Shown here one piece after another: positions 23,427-36,696 of a stretch of 64,000 bases of DNA. The notes below the pieces were generated by a model. That model ran no database searches and was not told the DNA's origin. It was given only the letters and a program-made list of their open reading frames with translations. This DNA is from Fistulifera solaris (taxonomy: Eukaryota). Made by a program: the position numbers and the translations under genes. The stretch lies in assembly GCA_030295235.1 (NCBI GenBank), contig AP026135.1, positions 1,054,001 to 1,118,000 on the forward strand, given 5' to 3'. How positions within the stretch are numbered: position 1 is the stretch's first letter; the number at the start of each line of letters is the position of its first letter.

Positions 23427-26400
23427 TTAGAACGTTACCAGCCGTCCGTAGTGCTGGGCGGCTCCTAGTGCCTTGACAGGTCTTGGACCCATCACGATCG
23501 GATCCGGCTCTCCTAATCGAACGCTCTGCTCTTCATTTGTCATGAAAGTCAAACGAGAATTTCGTCCTCCGCAGTCGCGAAGGGAGCCTGCCCTTCTCGA
23601 GCGAAGTTTAGTCAACGCCTTTGAAAAGCCATTCTCTATCTTTCGGTTGTAAAAGTCACGGTCGCCAACAACAACGCATGCATTACTGGTTGCTCCAACT
23701 TGTAGTATGGAATCCCTGTTTGACTTCAGTATTTGAGACACTTCGTTGGCCGATTCTGCCTTAAGGCCAATATTGAGGACGCTATTGACTCGCGATCCAC
23801 AGACACAAAGTCCGCGGTTCTGGTTTTTCGCCTCGTGGACATCTTGCTTAAATACTGTTGTTACGTCCTCGAAAACTCTGAGTTCGAAATTGTAAGCAGT
23901 GAGAAGGCTATCTAGCATCTCTCTGAGCTCACCAAGGTCACTGCCCGAATGGCCGGTTGTTACTTTTTGAACAAGATCTAACAAGGGCACGCTAGATACC
24001 ATTCTCTGCATAGTTTGTCGTAATAAATCACTAAGAACGTTTGCCATGATTTTAGCATGTTGCGGCTGTTCTTTTGAAAGCCTCAGAAATCCTTTGGCGG
24101 TGATGAGGCGATCGAGAACCGTAAACCAATGTCTAGATCCATGTTCACTTGATTTCCTTTCGCATACATCCAAGATAACCGTGAGCATCCTCTTTAAACT
24201 TTCCTGTGTTTTGTCGAGACGATTGGGAAAGGTATCCTGCTTGTCGCGTCGGCTTGATCGTCGTTGCAGTTTGTATTCTTTACGAAATGAATTAATCTCC
24301 ATCCCACGAACAGTTCGTTTCATTTCCATCATTTTACTCTCAAGTGTCTGTAAACCAAGTCTGATGGCTTCGTTCACTTTGTCGCTTCGCTCCAAAAGGT
24401 AAACGGACGCATCAGGAATGTCATATTTTTCACATAGCTCGAGACACTCTGTCGCACGGTAATTGTCACTCGCGACAAGATAGTCATACACCATTTCTGG
24501 GTGGAGTTTTGCCATGAGCGCCAAGTACGTATGGTAGTGCTCCGGGGTTAATATCAATATAGAGGCCGCAGCTGGATCTAGTTGCGCCAATTCACCAGAT
24601 GCAACTACGTGTAGAAAACTGAATTGCACTTCGTCGTTGCCTTCCAAGGACATCACTATTTGGTCAATGTCATCGACGAAAAGATCTGCGACCAAACTAG
24701 CCGTTTTCTGAGGACTGAGCTTACAAAGTTCAGGTAGTTTCGAAAAAACAGACTTGTGAAGTCCACGTTGGCCTTCGGAATCCTTGTCAGAAGTTACCCC
24801 CGAACACTCCTTTTGATATAGCTGTAAACTTCTATCCTGAATTCGGGATCATCATCTTCAACGTAACATTCGATCGCTCTTTCGAAGTGGCGACATCTCA
24901 ACTCCATGACAGCTGGTTGAGACGAGTCAATCCGTGTAGATGCAACTTGTTGATGTAGCAGTAAGCCAGCGCGATGCATGCCTGATTTGCTGATGATAGC
25001 AAGGACGGTATCTGGGTCATAGCCATCTCTTGGAAGAGAAGAGACAAGATCCATAACTTGTTTTTGAGTGCTTTGTCGCATAACGGAATCAGAGGCATGT
25101 ACAAACGAATCACATATTCGTGTAAGTATCATGTATGTGATTTCTGAATCAACTCTTACGGCGCGTTTCAAAATGTATTCTGAGGTGAAATCAAGGAATG
25201 CGTTTGTCGCTATTCGGTATGTTGCCGGTGTCATTCCAGGCGGCTGGGAACCAGGTTGAATTATCGAAGCAAGTATTTGGACTATCTCTTGGCTTCCGGG
25301 GAGGCTCTTCGCGTCCTGTGAAGCACTCTCCCATCCCTCGTCAACACTTGCAAAAGTCAAAATTTGACTATCTTCTGTATTCAAAGCAAGAGCGACGGCG
25401 TCGAGAGTTGCCCGCGCATCTACCAATAGGAGCAAGCGCATGTACGGATAGTTCAAAGCTCGATGACCCGCAATTTCCTGTTTGTCCTTTTTGGCGAAGG
25501 ACGATTGATATTTCTTGCTAGCTAAGAAAGTCAAAAGGTCTTGACGAACTTTTTTACATTTTTCATCAGGCAGTAGTTCATCCTCTCGGGGAAACGTTTT
25601 GCCAATGAAGCAGGATTTCAGATATAGAAGCGCTTTGTAACCGAGCGTTTCAAAATCTGTTTGAGGCACACCGTCTTCCCTTCGTTTCAGCAAAGCGCTT
25701 CCGGCGTCCGCTTCTTCAAATACTCTATTCAAAACGATTTCCAGCGGCGAAACGTAATCGTCGAGGCCGTTGTTGTAGACATAAAAAAGCGCAGTGTACA
25801 TTGCATTGCGTCGAAGAAGAGATAGAATGGTATCAAAGTCCATGATCGAGCAATCCATATGCAGCAAGCAGCGTTCCACGGTTAATATGCTTTTCGTCAT
25901 CTTACAATGCTCGACAAAGTAAGACATTGCTTCGGCACTGATGTAGGGAATCTTATCATTCAGGACGTATGGTTCTAGTACATCGAAGAAGATAGATGAA
26001 AACCCTGCTGACTGAAATTTCTGAAATACAGGACCAAACAACAGTTCGGGTTTTCTTGTGACAGAACAGAATTCAACACAAACTCCAGCGAGCATTTGGT
26101 AATGACTCCGTGACAAATCATTCCCGCCGTTGATGCTTACGCGGGCGGAAGCAGGGATATGAGAGACGTCCGGAGCATTCTCCACTGCCAAGTTCAAATA
26201 GCGAACAAGAAGCTTTGCTAGCCACTCTTCTTCATCGTCCTCGCCTTTTGCTCTAAAAAGATCAGGATGGCGAGACAAATCTCGTTTTCTACTAGGATCT
26301 CGTCTCCGATCCTCAAGACTCACGACTGCGCTATCGTAATAATCCAGAGCCAATGCCAGAGCTTCAAGCCATTCGCCATCTTGTTCCAAAGAAGATATTC

Positions 26401-28527
26401 GTTTACGAGCTCCCACTACAGATATACATTTCAGTTCATTCTTGCAAAGAACAAGCAGGCGATCGTCGCTATACCGAATGCTGTTTTGAAATGTGCTTGC
26501 GGACACTTGTCCGTTTTCGTCGTCGCTACCAGGAGTTCTCGAAGATCGGCTGAGCGCGAATTCAGCATATACTAGCTTCAGCCCGGAAAAATCAAGCTTT
26601 TCCAATAATGTCATCATGACTGTATCGACCAACGTGAATTCATTCGTCAGTGTCAAATACATTAAAGAACGGTCGTTGAGCCACTCGACGGCAACCACAG
26701 GTTTTCCCGTATCAACTTCTTTGTGCACCCCGAACGCAGGCCAATGAATTGAATTTGATTCGATCAATGACTTGTCATCAATAGACGGAAAACTAGCACA
26801 TAAAAGCTGCAAACAGCATCCCCATGCTCTGGCGAGGATCGGCATTACTGTGTTTCCACCACCGGGTATCAGCCCCCAACCCCAAGACAAACAAGGTAGA
26901 AACTCTGATTGAACTGGATTATTGCTGGTGTTGATAGACACATCATCCGTTTTCTCGGCGGGAGGTCGCGCCCATCGGTGCAAAACATTGATTTGTGGCT
27001 CGACCGCCACAGCGAAGGAGCTGCGCTCCGAACTCAAAGCAATTAGTGTTAGTTTCCGCAACATATCAGTGAGGGGATCGGGTCGTAGCTGTTGTGTTTT
27101 GATGGTACCATAGGGAGGTAAGACGTTCATGGCAAGAATTTGTCCCGCTGTACCATCCAATAAACACTCCGTATCCACGGAATAATTGCTCCACAGCATA
27201 TTTTTGGTGAACGAAATTTTATTGACGATCCCTCCGACATCCACGGTTACTACCTTCCAATCGCTCATAAACCGTGCCGATGATATAGGGGATATGTGCG
27301 TATCATGAACGGCGCGCAGCACGATCCCTCGTATTGTATCCCATAAAACCAAAATCCCGCTGGCATGCCCCGAAAGGACCGTCTCCCCTTGAAAACTCAG
27401 ATCGATCGATGTCACCGGACCCGCTCTCATCGCGCCCGCATTGTCATCGTAGGTAGCTCCTAATCGCTGGCGCAGCACTTCAAACAGATCATACACCAGA
27501 ACGATACCGCGTTGGGTTCCGACCGCAATAAATTTACTATTGAATGCGAGACAAGTCGGCAGCCCGCACAACACTTTGGCACCTTCCTTGGAATGTTTTT
27601 CCAGTGATGTACTCACTCCCGTCAATGTTTTGTTTTCGACCAAACCGGAGGAACCAAACCGCGTAACCGAGAGTGCCGCGATCCGCGTCGCTTTCTTTGG
27701 TTCTTTGCCGCGCGTCGTGAGTTCAATTTTCTGTTTGAGTCGCCGTTTGACACGGAGTGGTGATACCATTTCCCGTTGACCCGCTTTTAATAGCTTTTGC
27801 TCGTACGAAGTAGAATAAACTTGTGCTTTGATGGATATATCTTCCGATTTGCGGTCATCGGAACGTTCCTTGGCCTTTTCTCGTTTCGATGTTGGATTGA
27901 TCGAATTGTCTCCTGAAAATAGAAGGAAATTCTGTCGAAGTGGCGATCGATCTGTTATCTTTCCATCGTTTCGTAACAAGGATACGGCAAGTGCGGGCAG
28001 CAAAGTATTCTGTATGTCAGTTGGCAGATTATCACTTTCGGAATCCTCCTCGAGAAGAGACTCCTTCACCACGGCGCTTTCATACTTGGAGTAGGATGAA
28101 CTGTTGTTTCTTGTTGTGGCAGATTTGAGCCATTCTTCTTCTTCTTCTTCTTCTGTCTCCTCTTCTTTGTCGTCATCATTGTCTCCTCCTCCTCTACCTT
28201 CTTCTTCTTCTTCGTCGTCGTCATCGTCGTCACTCATGAGAATGGATTGCAAAACAGCCCAATCGCTCGTGGAATGTGTGTGACTGGCGGAACATTCTTT
28301 TCCAGTCGATTCAATTCCACAGCATCATTATCTAAAATCTGATCGGCGGTAATGCGTGACATGAAACGCCCTCTATCGTAACTCCCATCATCGGAGTCGT
28401 CTTCGGAGCCATCGTCGTCGCTTTCACCGAGAATTTGTTCTAAATCCACGACTCCATTGTGATCGGTATCATCCGGAGAATAGTCATCTGACGAGTCGGA
28501 AGCATTCAATATAGAATTCAGATCCAT
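23427..28527 (-). CDS. VPS8: VPS8 (CORVET subunit); apparent frameshifts near 28260 and 24805
   Basis: Acidic N-terminus, WD40 (GLPTCLA..FIAVGT.RG), LARAWG, WLEALALALDYY, LEPYVLND, VERCLLHMD, DDYVSPL, C-terminal clathrin-repeat-like region. Confidence 0.88.
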
Positions 28528-29033
28528 TGTTGTTGATGTAAAGTAAACGGAAGGATGGTTTTGGATTGTACGGAGTAAAATAGAGGGATGAACTGCAACA
28601 CACCCATTTCTCCTTTAGCTTATATGAGTGCAAGATGAAACGGTGCAACGTGCAACAGTAATTTACAAAGTAAAAAGCGGCGTCAACAAAGTCGAGCATG
28701 ACGAGAGATAGGGTTAAGTACTATTTTCCGTTGTGCTTTACTATCAATAGTTATGTGGATTCCGGGCACAAAAACAGATTGTAAGTGATTGGTCAAAACA
28801 AGTTTCAAACATGGAACGACAACCCTGATACTTAATGTTTCATAATCAACAACATTTATTCGGTCGGAGTCGATTTTACATTTTTTAAGGTGTTTCCTCC
28901 CCATCTTCCTTTTGATCGACCATGGCCATTTACCATATACAAGTACATAATACATATACAGCTCTCGTCGTCATTCTTTGCGCGTTGCGTCCGTTCCTTG
29001 ACACAGTAGATACTGCGGATAGTCCTCATCATA

Positions 29034-30157
29034 ATGGTAGTCATTAGTTCTTCCGCAAGCCGAAAGAGTCGGCGATTCCCAGTTCGTTACGTTTATTACT
29101 TGATGGTGTTGGGTGCCGTTATTGTATGGATGTGGACGATCCAGTCTTTTCAAACAACAACCGCGCCTCAGATACGAGCCTCTGTCACCAAATTGGAAAT
29201 AGCTTCGGCTCTTGAATACGTCAACTCCTTCAAGAGTCTGAAGCGAACATTAAAGTTCTTTCATATACCGAAAACGGCGGGGACGGGTGAGTTGAGAGTA
29301 TTTCTCATTGTCGATGACTTGTCTTTTCGTTGACCACCTGATTCAAATGCTCTATAGACGTTATTCTCACATATTTGTGGTCTTTTTTCTCTTCACTATA
29401 CTAGCAATCGAACAAGCTGCAGGACAAAAAGTCGCATGGGGAAGCTGTCTCTTCAAACACAAACCGATTGTACGTTGTCTTTTGTCACCCACATTGTCAG
29501 CCTTTTTGTTGTTCCAGGGCCAGATAACACTCACACAGTGTCGCGACACAGCGTCATACTTGTTCGTATCCGGCAGGAGGATATTGGCCATCCTATATCG
29601 GTTGGTGGCATATTCCCAGTCAATTCTTTCCCATTTTCAATCTCAATCCTTACCAAGACGCCGAATTGTTTGGTGTCATTCGTGATCCATTCGACCGTAT
29701 GGTATCCGAGTTTTACTATATTTGCTCCTTAAAGGTAAAAGACTGGAGACCAGATCAATGCAATCGAACACGGTTACTCGAACCCGAATACATGAACGAA
29801 TGGTTGCAGAATAAATTGCATCAACAACACCAAGAACCGTCCGCAGAAGCATTTCTCACCGACAATGGGCATTTTACACCGCAATATGACTTTATTTTTG
29901 GTCCACATCAAGTTCGAATGTTGGATTACGTCTTAAAGATGGACGATGGTTTTGGGGAATCCTTTGACAAGCTAATGGCCGCATTTTTATCGTCGGATAT
30001 CAAGTTGGAAAAGTTCAATGCGATTGGTGCCCAAGAACGAGATAAGGAGACACATCTCAATGTGAAAGATCTCAATCGGGAGACATTGTCGACTATCCAA
30101 AGAACGTACGAAAAGGATTTGTCGTTCCTGGGTTACTCGTTGACGAAAGACGATTGA
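29034..30157 (+). CDS. Type II membrane sulfotransferase-family protein; introns 29287-29404 and 29470-29551
   Basis: N-terminal TM; 5'-PSB FFHIPKTAGT; 3'-PB VIRDPFDRMVSEFYY; HFTPQYDF; splicing restores one frame (KPI|RHTCSYP...WWHIP). Confidence 0.85.
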
Positions 30158-30451
30158 GTTTCGTGTTGCGACAATTAGAACATTAGTTCTGATGATGCGC
30201 TTTGACTGTGAATCCAACATGTGCGATTGTACTATTCGTAGAACAAGACTCGACAAAAGATTGTAAGAACGGTCTACTTCGGGGTACCTTGTGCTTCTTA
30301 TGAAGCTGCGCAATGTCGAAAGGTCTGCTTTGCATGTCGCCGAGGTCGACGAATGAATATCCAAAAGGAGAGCCGAATTCGCTCTGAACCGGTACAAGCT
30401 TAAAACGGAAAATGAAAGTTCAAAAACAAAACATACTCTTTAGATTCTTCT

Positions 30452-32639
30452 TTAACGTAGAGATGTCATCAAATTAAGGGCGGTAGATTGCCCCTCTCGG
30501 AGTAGAGCATAAATTAAAGCATTACGTGCATCCGATTGGTTGTGTTTCACTCCGTGAGCGTCTTCCCATGCCGCAGCTGAATTAGCAAGTTGCTTTGCAG
30601 TTTCAATATCTCCAAAGGCAGCGTAGGCCGCACTACACGACGATCGCACCATAGCCTCCGCTTTTGCAAGCTGCACCTTCGCTTTCTCATTAGTTGCTGC
30701 CTGGTCGGCTGTTACGCCAGCAAGGTCAACAGCAAGCGGGCCTAACGATTCATCTTCTGCGTTTTCAGCTAGAACTTTTATAGACTCCTTTGCTCTGGAT
30801 AAGTTGAGTAACGCCTCACCGGCGTACATCCGTGCAGTTGCCAATTGGCGTTTCCTGTAGAGACCGACAGGACCTGGTTCGCGATTTTCCTCCGCGAGAA
30901 CCTTATCTGTCAATTTAAGCGCCTCACTGTAGTCTTTGAACGCTAACAACACATATGCAAGAGAAAGCTGTGCAGCTATCAATACTTCACGGTCGGTAGT
31001 CGTTTTTGTTTGACTCCAGACGATGGTGATCTCCAGAATAAATTTCGCACGAAGCAACGGATTCCGTTTGACTTGCTCAATATCCGCTGCACTTCCAATA
31101 CTAGCGACCAAATCTTCTGATTTCACTTCCATTGTACAGTGCAAAATAGATTTGTCCATGATTATCCCCGTCGGCTCCCTGGTTGTCAACAATGAGATCC
31201 TTTCTCAACACACAAAATAGTTTTCATCAGATCGTAGACACTTACCCTTGCTCGACGACGGAAGTAAAAGAAGGAGCGGTTCGTTGGTGCTGCTCATTCA
31301 ATTCAGAAAAAATTCCAATACAAGCCTCAGCTATTCTTAACCAGCAACGAGGGCGACTACGGAAATGATACGATCGAGTGATGCACGCCACCATACACTC
31401 ATATGCCGAAAGATACTTTTTTGCCTGCAGCGCACAAATGGCAGTATTGTGGAGTATCTCGGGTGTATTGTCTCGGCATACTGTCCCATCATTGTGGAAT
31501 ATGGGTAATGTCGCGATGTCTTTTGGATCTTTCGTGGCTCGCAAAGCCTTGGACATGGCATGAAGAGCTAAATGACATTTTCCATTGGTTCCATACAACA
31601 CAGCATGATTGTTTTCGTGGATGGCGTCATAAGATTCATCCTCCTTGGCCGAAACTTGTGCTTCACTGCAAAGAATCAACGCCTTTTTCGTGTTTCCTTT
31701 AAGTTGTTCCAAATGAGCTTTCAAGTTGAGAGCCGACTGACCATATTTTTGCAGTATAGTGGAACTCGGACGTTGGTGTTGCTGATAATCATGTCCGGAA
31801 GAAGAGGAAAGATGAAAATTAGTGGAAGAGTTTCCCTCTGAGTTTGCCGACGATACCACCGACGCAGTATCGGCACCAAAGCATTGCCTTAATTTGTGCT
31901 GATACACTTCCATGGCTGTTTTGAGTTCCTTCCTCGCCGATCGTACTTTACTGTCCATGTGTTTTCCAGTTTCGTCCAGATGAGCCAAATCCACTCGTCC
32001 CTTGTATAGTGTGAGCATAAATTTGATAGGTGCGTCTTGCTCGTCGATATCAAGTGTATCCAGCCATCCAAGAATCTTGTCAGGATGAGGACAATCGTAC
32101 ATTTCATGTTGAAATCCATAATGACGTCCCATCGCAGTAGCCAGCAGAGCTTCTAGCAAAAGAAAGGCAATATGTGCGAGAATTGGAATATGATTGTCCT
32201 CTGGCTTGACTTTGTTCTGGATGATTTCTCTCACTACACCATTTGTACTATGTATAGTTTGTTCTGCGTCCCCACTCGCAAAATGCACCAGTGCTCGATT
32301 ATATACCACAACATAATGATGTTGCTTCTGGATGGTTTCGGGACTAGAATCGCTTCTTGAAAGGAGTGTCTCCAATTCGTCTAACTGTTTCAGTAAGCTG
32401 TCACTGTTGTGTTGTGAATCGTTCAAGTATCCCAACAAGAGCAGATTGTATTCCAGAATCGTCTTGTTTCTGTCATCTTCTTCTTGTTCCTCTTTTGCAT
32501 TCTTCCGAAACGCCCTCCACGCGGCCTTTGTATTTCCTTGAATGCGATAAAGATCATAACCGGACGACAACGACGACGAGTCTTCTTCTTCGCCCGAGGT
32601 AGTGACCTCTCGCGTACGTCTCATCCGTCGTGTCGTCAT
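30452..32639 (-). CDS. CNOT10: CCR4-NOT complex subunit 10-like TPR protein; intron 31179-31245
   Basis: LKAHLEQLKGNTKKA and RPRCWLRIAEACI match NOT10 motifs (LK...EY.RGN..KA; NPRLWLRLAECCI); AQLSLAYVLL and MYAGEALL in exon 2. Confidence 0.8.
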
Positions 32640-33107
32640 TTTGCTTCTAGTTTCGTCAATGTAAATTGTACTTTTCAACAAAACGACTCCCAGTGTTAAT
32701 AGATTATCGTCCAGAAGGCGCTAAATTGTTCAAAGACTGTTCTCTTGTAACAATTCAGACGCGAAACGGTGTGCCACTTTATTACCATGGTCGATCGGAC
32801 GCGTCGTCTCTCTTGGAGATGCGCTGGGCGTCTGGAGCAACGAAATTTGTTGTCGCATAGGGAACGAATGCTTAGCACTCGCATTGACACGTGGCATCAT
32901 CACAACACACCATTCCTTGGGTCTTTGGGAGCTCAAATCTCATTATTGGTTTGCCCATCGTACCTGTTAGATAAATCGTATTATGAAATAATAGATGACT
33001 CTGATTTGACATTGAAACAGGAGAACAAACGAAAAATACAGCATTTGGAAAGGCTACAAGTCTTTTACGTCGCCGTGTCGTAGGAAAATTATCAATGTAC
33101 CTGGTAA

Positions 33108-33307
33108 GGGATACCCGGATATTGAGAATTTCCTCCGCAGCACTATTTCTCAATCAGGCTTTGCGCCAATTAAGCTTTGAAGGTCACCAACATGCATTTA
33201 ATGAATATAAAAGCAATGATCGACGTCGAATGGAGCTCAAACAGTAGAAAGAGGAAAGATGCAACGCTTCGAAAGTCTACGTGACTTTCACGTAGGCGCC
33301 TTAGGAA
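33108..33307 (+). repeat. ~190-bp dispersed module, copy A (ACCCGGATATT...CTACGTGA-TCACGTAG hairpin-TAGGAA); a partial second 3' end at 33468-33511
   Basis: Same ends and spacing at 46317-46507 and 48151-48338. Confidence 0.7.
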
Positions 33308-33899
33308 TTCGTTGTACGTAGTAGGTGCTCAGAAGCTTTAACTCGCTTATCTTCGGGTTTATTGGTCACCTACTCCAGTTCTTCTCGTTCCGGCACGAGA
33401 TACGCACCCCGACAATCACGCGGCGGCTTCTGTTTAAAATCAAAACGTCGAAAGGAGGAATGCAGCAACGCTTGAAAGTCTAGGTGTGCTGTACGTAGCC
33501 GCCGTAGGAAGTTATTTATTGTGTCGTTCGACCTCATCCATTTAATGGGCCTCCAGCGCATAAGTGTCCAGCGATCGAACGTAGCTCTGCTTGCGAATGT
33601 CACAACGAAACCTGTCATTGTGAAACGTCGCTAATGATTTAAGAAAACCACTTACCAATAATAATTTAATCAAATATCATACCTTTAGCGTAGCTTTCAA
33701 GGCATATTCAATCAAGCGCTTTGATTTCGTCGAATCTTGTCCACTTGCATCTTCCTCGTCATTACTATTCGTCCGAATAACGCCAGGAGTGCTTCGTACC
33801 ATAAACCATTAAACCATTGACGGTTCCATGATTCAAAATCATCCGTTGTCTTGGCGATTTTGGTAGTCGGCCAGAGCATACCCCATTTTTGTTTGAGCC

Positions 33900-34956
33900 A
33901 AAGGTATTTGCTACGGCAAAGCCTGGTTGTGCTAGTGTCGAAGCGATTGCCGTCCAGTCCGCATCATCAAATCAATCATGGCATCCATAAGACCGACAGG
34001 TATCGCCGATCCCTAAAAGCTCTGACCCTCCACATTTGGCCAACTTCGTGATAACGGATCCAACATTGACAGCATTATGAGATACCAATGCTTGATCATA
34101 TTTCCTGTCCTTGTGTGGCATCTACGACAAGAATGCAGCTATCTGGTTGAACGCATCGCCGCCGCAAATTCTTCATCGTTTCCCGGAAATGAGAGCGCCA
34201 CTTGCTCATCGACCACCGCCCATTAAGTTCGACCAGGTGGCCTTTCCGTTACTGTTTCACTATCTATCCCTGCTGAGCCGCATACTAGTAGAATCGACCA
34301 CTTTCACATTGCTCGTACAAGAACGAAGCATCCGTGGGCGGACACAGTGCAAAAATTGTTTCCCGAAGCAAGACAAACAATTTTACATGGTGATCGTTAT
34401 CCAAGAAATATTGATCCACAGATTGCACGCCTTGTGACGATCTTGTCCCGAAAGCTTCTTTCGCCCATTAGACCTTGCTGAACGGAATCGAACATCATAC
34501 TTTGTTGCTTTGATTGCACGGATCTGGCTGCACGGATTCGTTCATCTTCACTCGAGTGAATCGCCGTCTGTGACGACCTGACTCCTCTCCTTCACTGCGG
34601 GAAAATGTACACGCCAAAGTGCATCTGCATGCCTATCGGGTTACACATCAAACACTAGCGAAGAGTTCCATTTGCGGACCGCGATGCACTCAATCGGAGA
34701 CTGTGCAACAAAAAGATACTGCCTTTCGAATAACGAGAGGTCGGCCAAGCGAAACATAATCGCCCAGGAATTCTAAAGCAGATGGCGGCTCCTCGAGTAC
34801 AGTAACAGGGCCTTCATCCTTGCGATTGAGAAGGAACAACACAAATACAGCACATCGTTTGCTTGTACAACAATAACGTTCGATGACATCCTCGTCAATC
34901 TTAAAAAAAGTGATCGCGTCGTCGTCATCTGGTGATCGTCCTCCTCCTGCAATCAT
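33900..34956 (-). pseudogene. JMJD7: Decayed JmjC/cupin gene, JMJD7-like
   Basis: LEEPPSALEFLGDYVSLGRPLVIRKA, VTPDRHADAL, ACNLWIN and LDNDHHVKLF..FALCPP remnants in shifting frames with stops. Confidence 0.7.
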
Positions 34957-35210
34957 CAGTCGAGGAGCTTATTATAATTCCCAACTCGGTAGACAATTAA
35001 TGTCTTTTCTCATCTTCTGTAGGAGTAAACATTTGCTTCTATGTCTCTTTAAACTCTTTCATTTGCATCGCGTCGTCCACGACAGACATCATCTCAACTC
35101 TCAACAACGACGCGCCGACACAGACACAGATACGCATACAGGCTACACATCGAAGGATCCCGAACGAAATACGAAAACTGAACACCATCACACGTCAAAT
35201 AATAACAAAC

Positions 35211-36696
35211 GAAAACAAAACATCCATTTCATCCATCATCATCGTCAAGGCACACAAAGGTGCCTCCAGTTAGCTTGACTCCTTTCTTTTCCCCCCTTTG
35301 TTCAATTTTTTGAATTTGAAACGCGGATGTTGCTTGTGAAATACGAGTAGGCGGGCTCGCACCTATTGAAGAATATTCAGACGCCTAGATGGCGACATTC
35401 ATTCATTCGTGGGTCGTGGTCGTGGGATCCCAACACATGGGGAAAACCGTTGCTCAAGTCAGAAATACTTAGATAGCTTTCCCTAAATGATTTTAAATTG
35501 ATTTTGTGAACACAAACAACATTTTGATTTTCGGTAGAAGCGCATCGCTGAATTTGCTTCTCTCTCTTTTCGCTACGTTCTTCTTCTTCTCACATCTCCT
35601 CTCAAAGGCGACTGAGAGAGGTTTGATGTCCTCCCCGTATTCAGTTGTTGCCAAAGCTGTGGCCTGCGATCACAGCTTGGGACCGTATGGTTGAATACTC
35701 AGTGGGAGCGCATGAAGGGTTGTGGTGCGTATGTCCCGAGGAAGGAGGAGTCGTCTCGCAAAATGGGAACCTCGTGTCGTCTCGACGATTCGCTTGCCTG
35801 TTTGCGAGGCTTCCTGCCTTACCGGAAAACACGCAGTTGGAGCATTGTGCTGGGAAAAGTTCTTCACCTGAGTTGTGGGATCCATGAGGCGTGCCGAAGA
35901 ACTGCGTGCGCCAGTGATTGGTGAAGCAATGGTAACGGTTGAGCGGGGTTTGGGGTTCACCCGCTGAGCAGCTTATGAAAGCCACATTCGCCTTTCCGCT
36001 CCCAACCGGATACATGGGCGTTTGTGATCGCTTGTTGACATCTGCTTAACGTCTTCGGAGCTCTTGCGGTGCTTATGAGTTATCCTAGAAATAGGTTAGC
36101 GGTTACGGGCACTAGCAAGGGTCCCCCATGTGTCCCAGCACAATGAAAAATGTATACCACAACTCCTACATGCTAACATTTTGTTCATTTCAAAAGCAAA
36201 AGCAAAAGCAAAAGTAATAAAAAATAATAAATTAATACAACTGATGGATGTCGATGGCGGATACCGGCGACGAAGGGAGAAGTTCATCCAACTCATCGTC
36301 CTAATCTTCGGTCTCGTGATGCTTCCATAAAGCATTGTGAGCAAGAGATGTCATAAAGCTACCACAAGTGACACTTTGCAATGCTTCCCTGCCTTCTTTG
36401 AGATGAAAGCTCATCTTGTGCATGCTTCAAGTGTTTCCGAATCGCTGCGTTCGAATCAAAAAGGCTCAGTGACCAGTACAAATGGTCAGTCGCTCTTCCT
36501 CCTCGTCAATTCCATAGTGTCATAGGCGTCATTCACAATGTTGGACATCGTCAAGAATACATTAATTCTCAATCAATCCCTTTGCTTCAATACTACTCGT
36601 TTGTATCTCCATATCCGCTGTTCTCTTTCTGATGCCCAATTCCGTATGACGCCTTTTCGTGGTCGTGCGACTGGCTATTTGCTTTAGTTTCTCTGC
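35211..36696 (-). repeat. Right arm of the ~1.48-kb inverted duplication (partner 20514-21996)
   Basis: Reverse complement of 20514-21996 with scattered substitutions and small indels. Confidence 0.95.
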
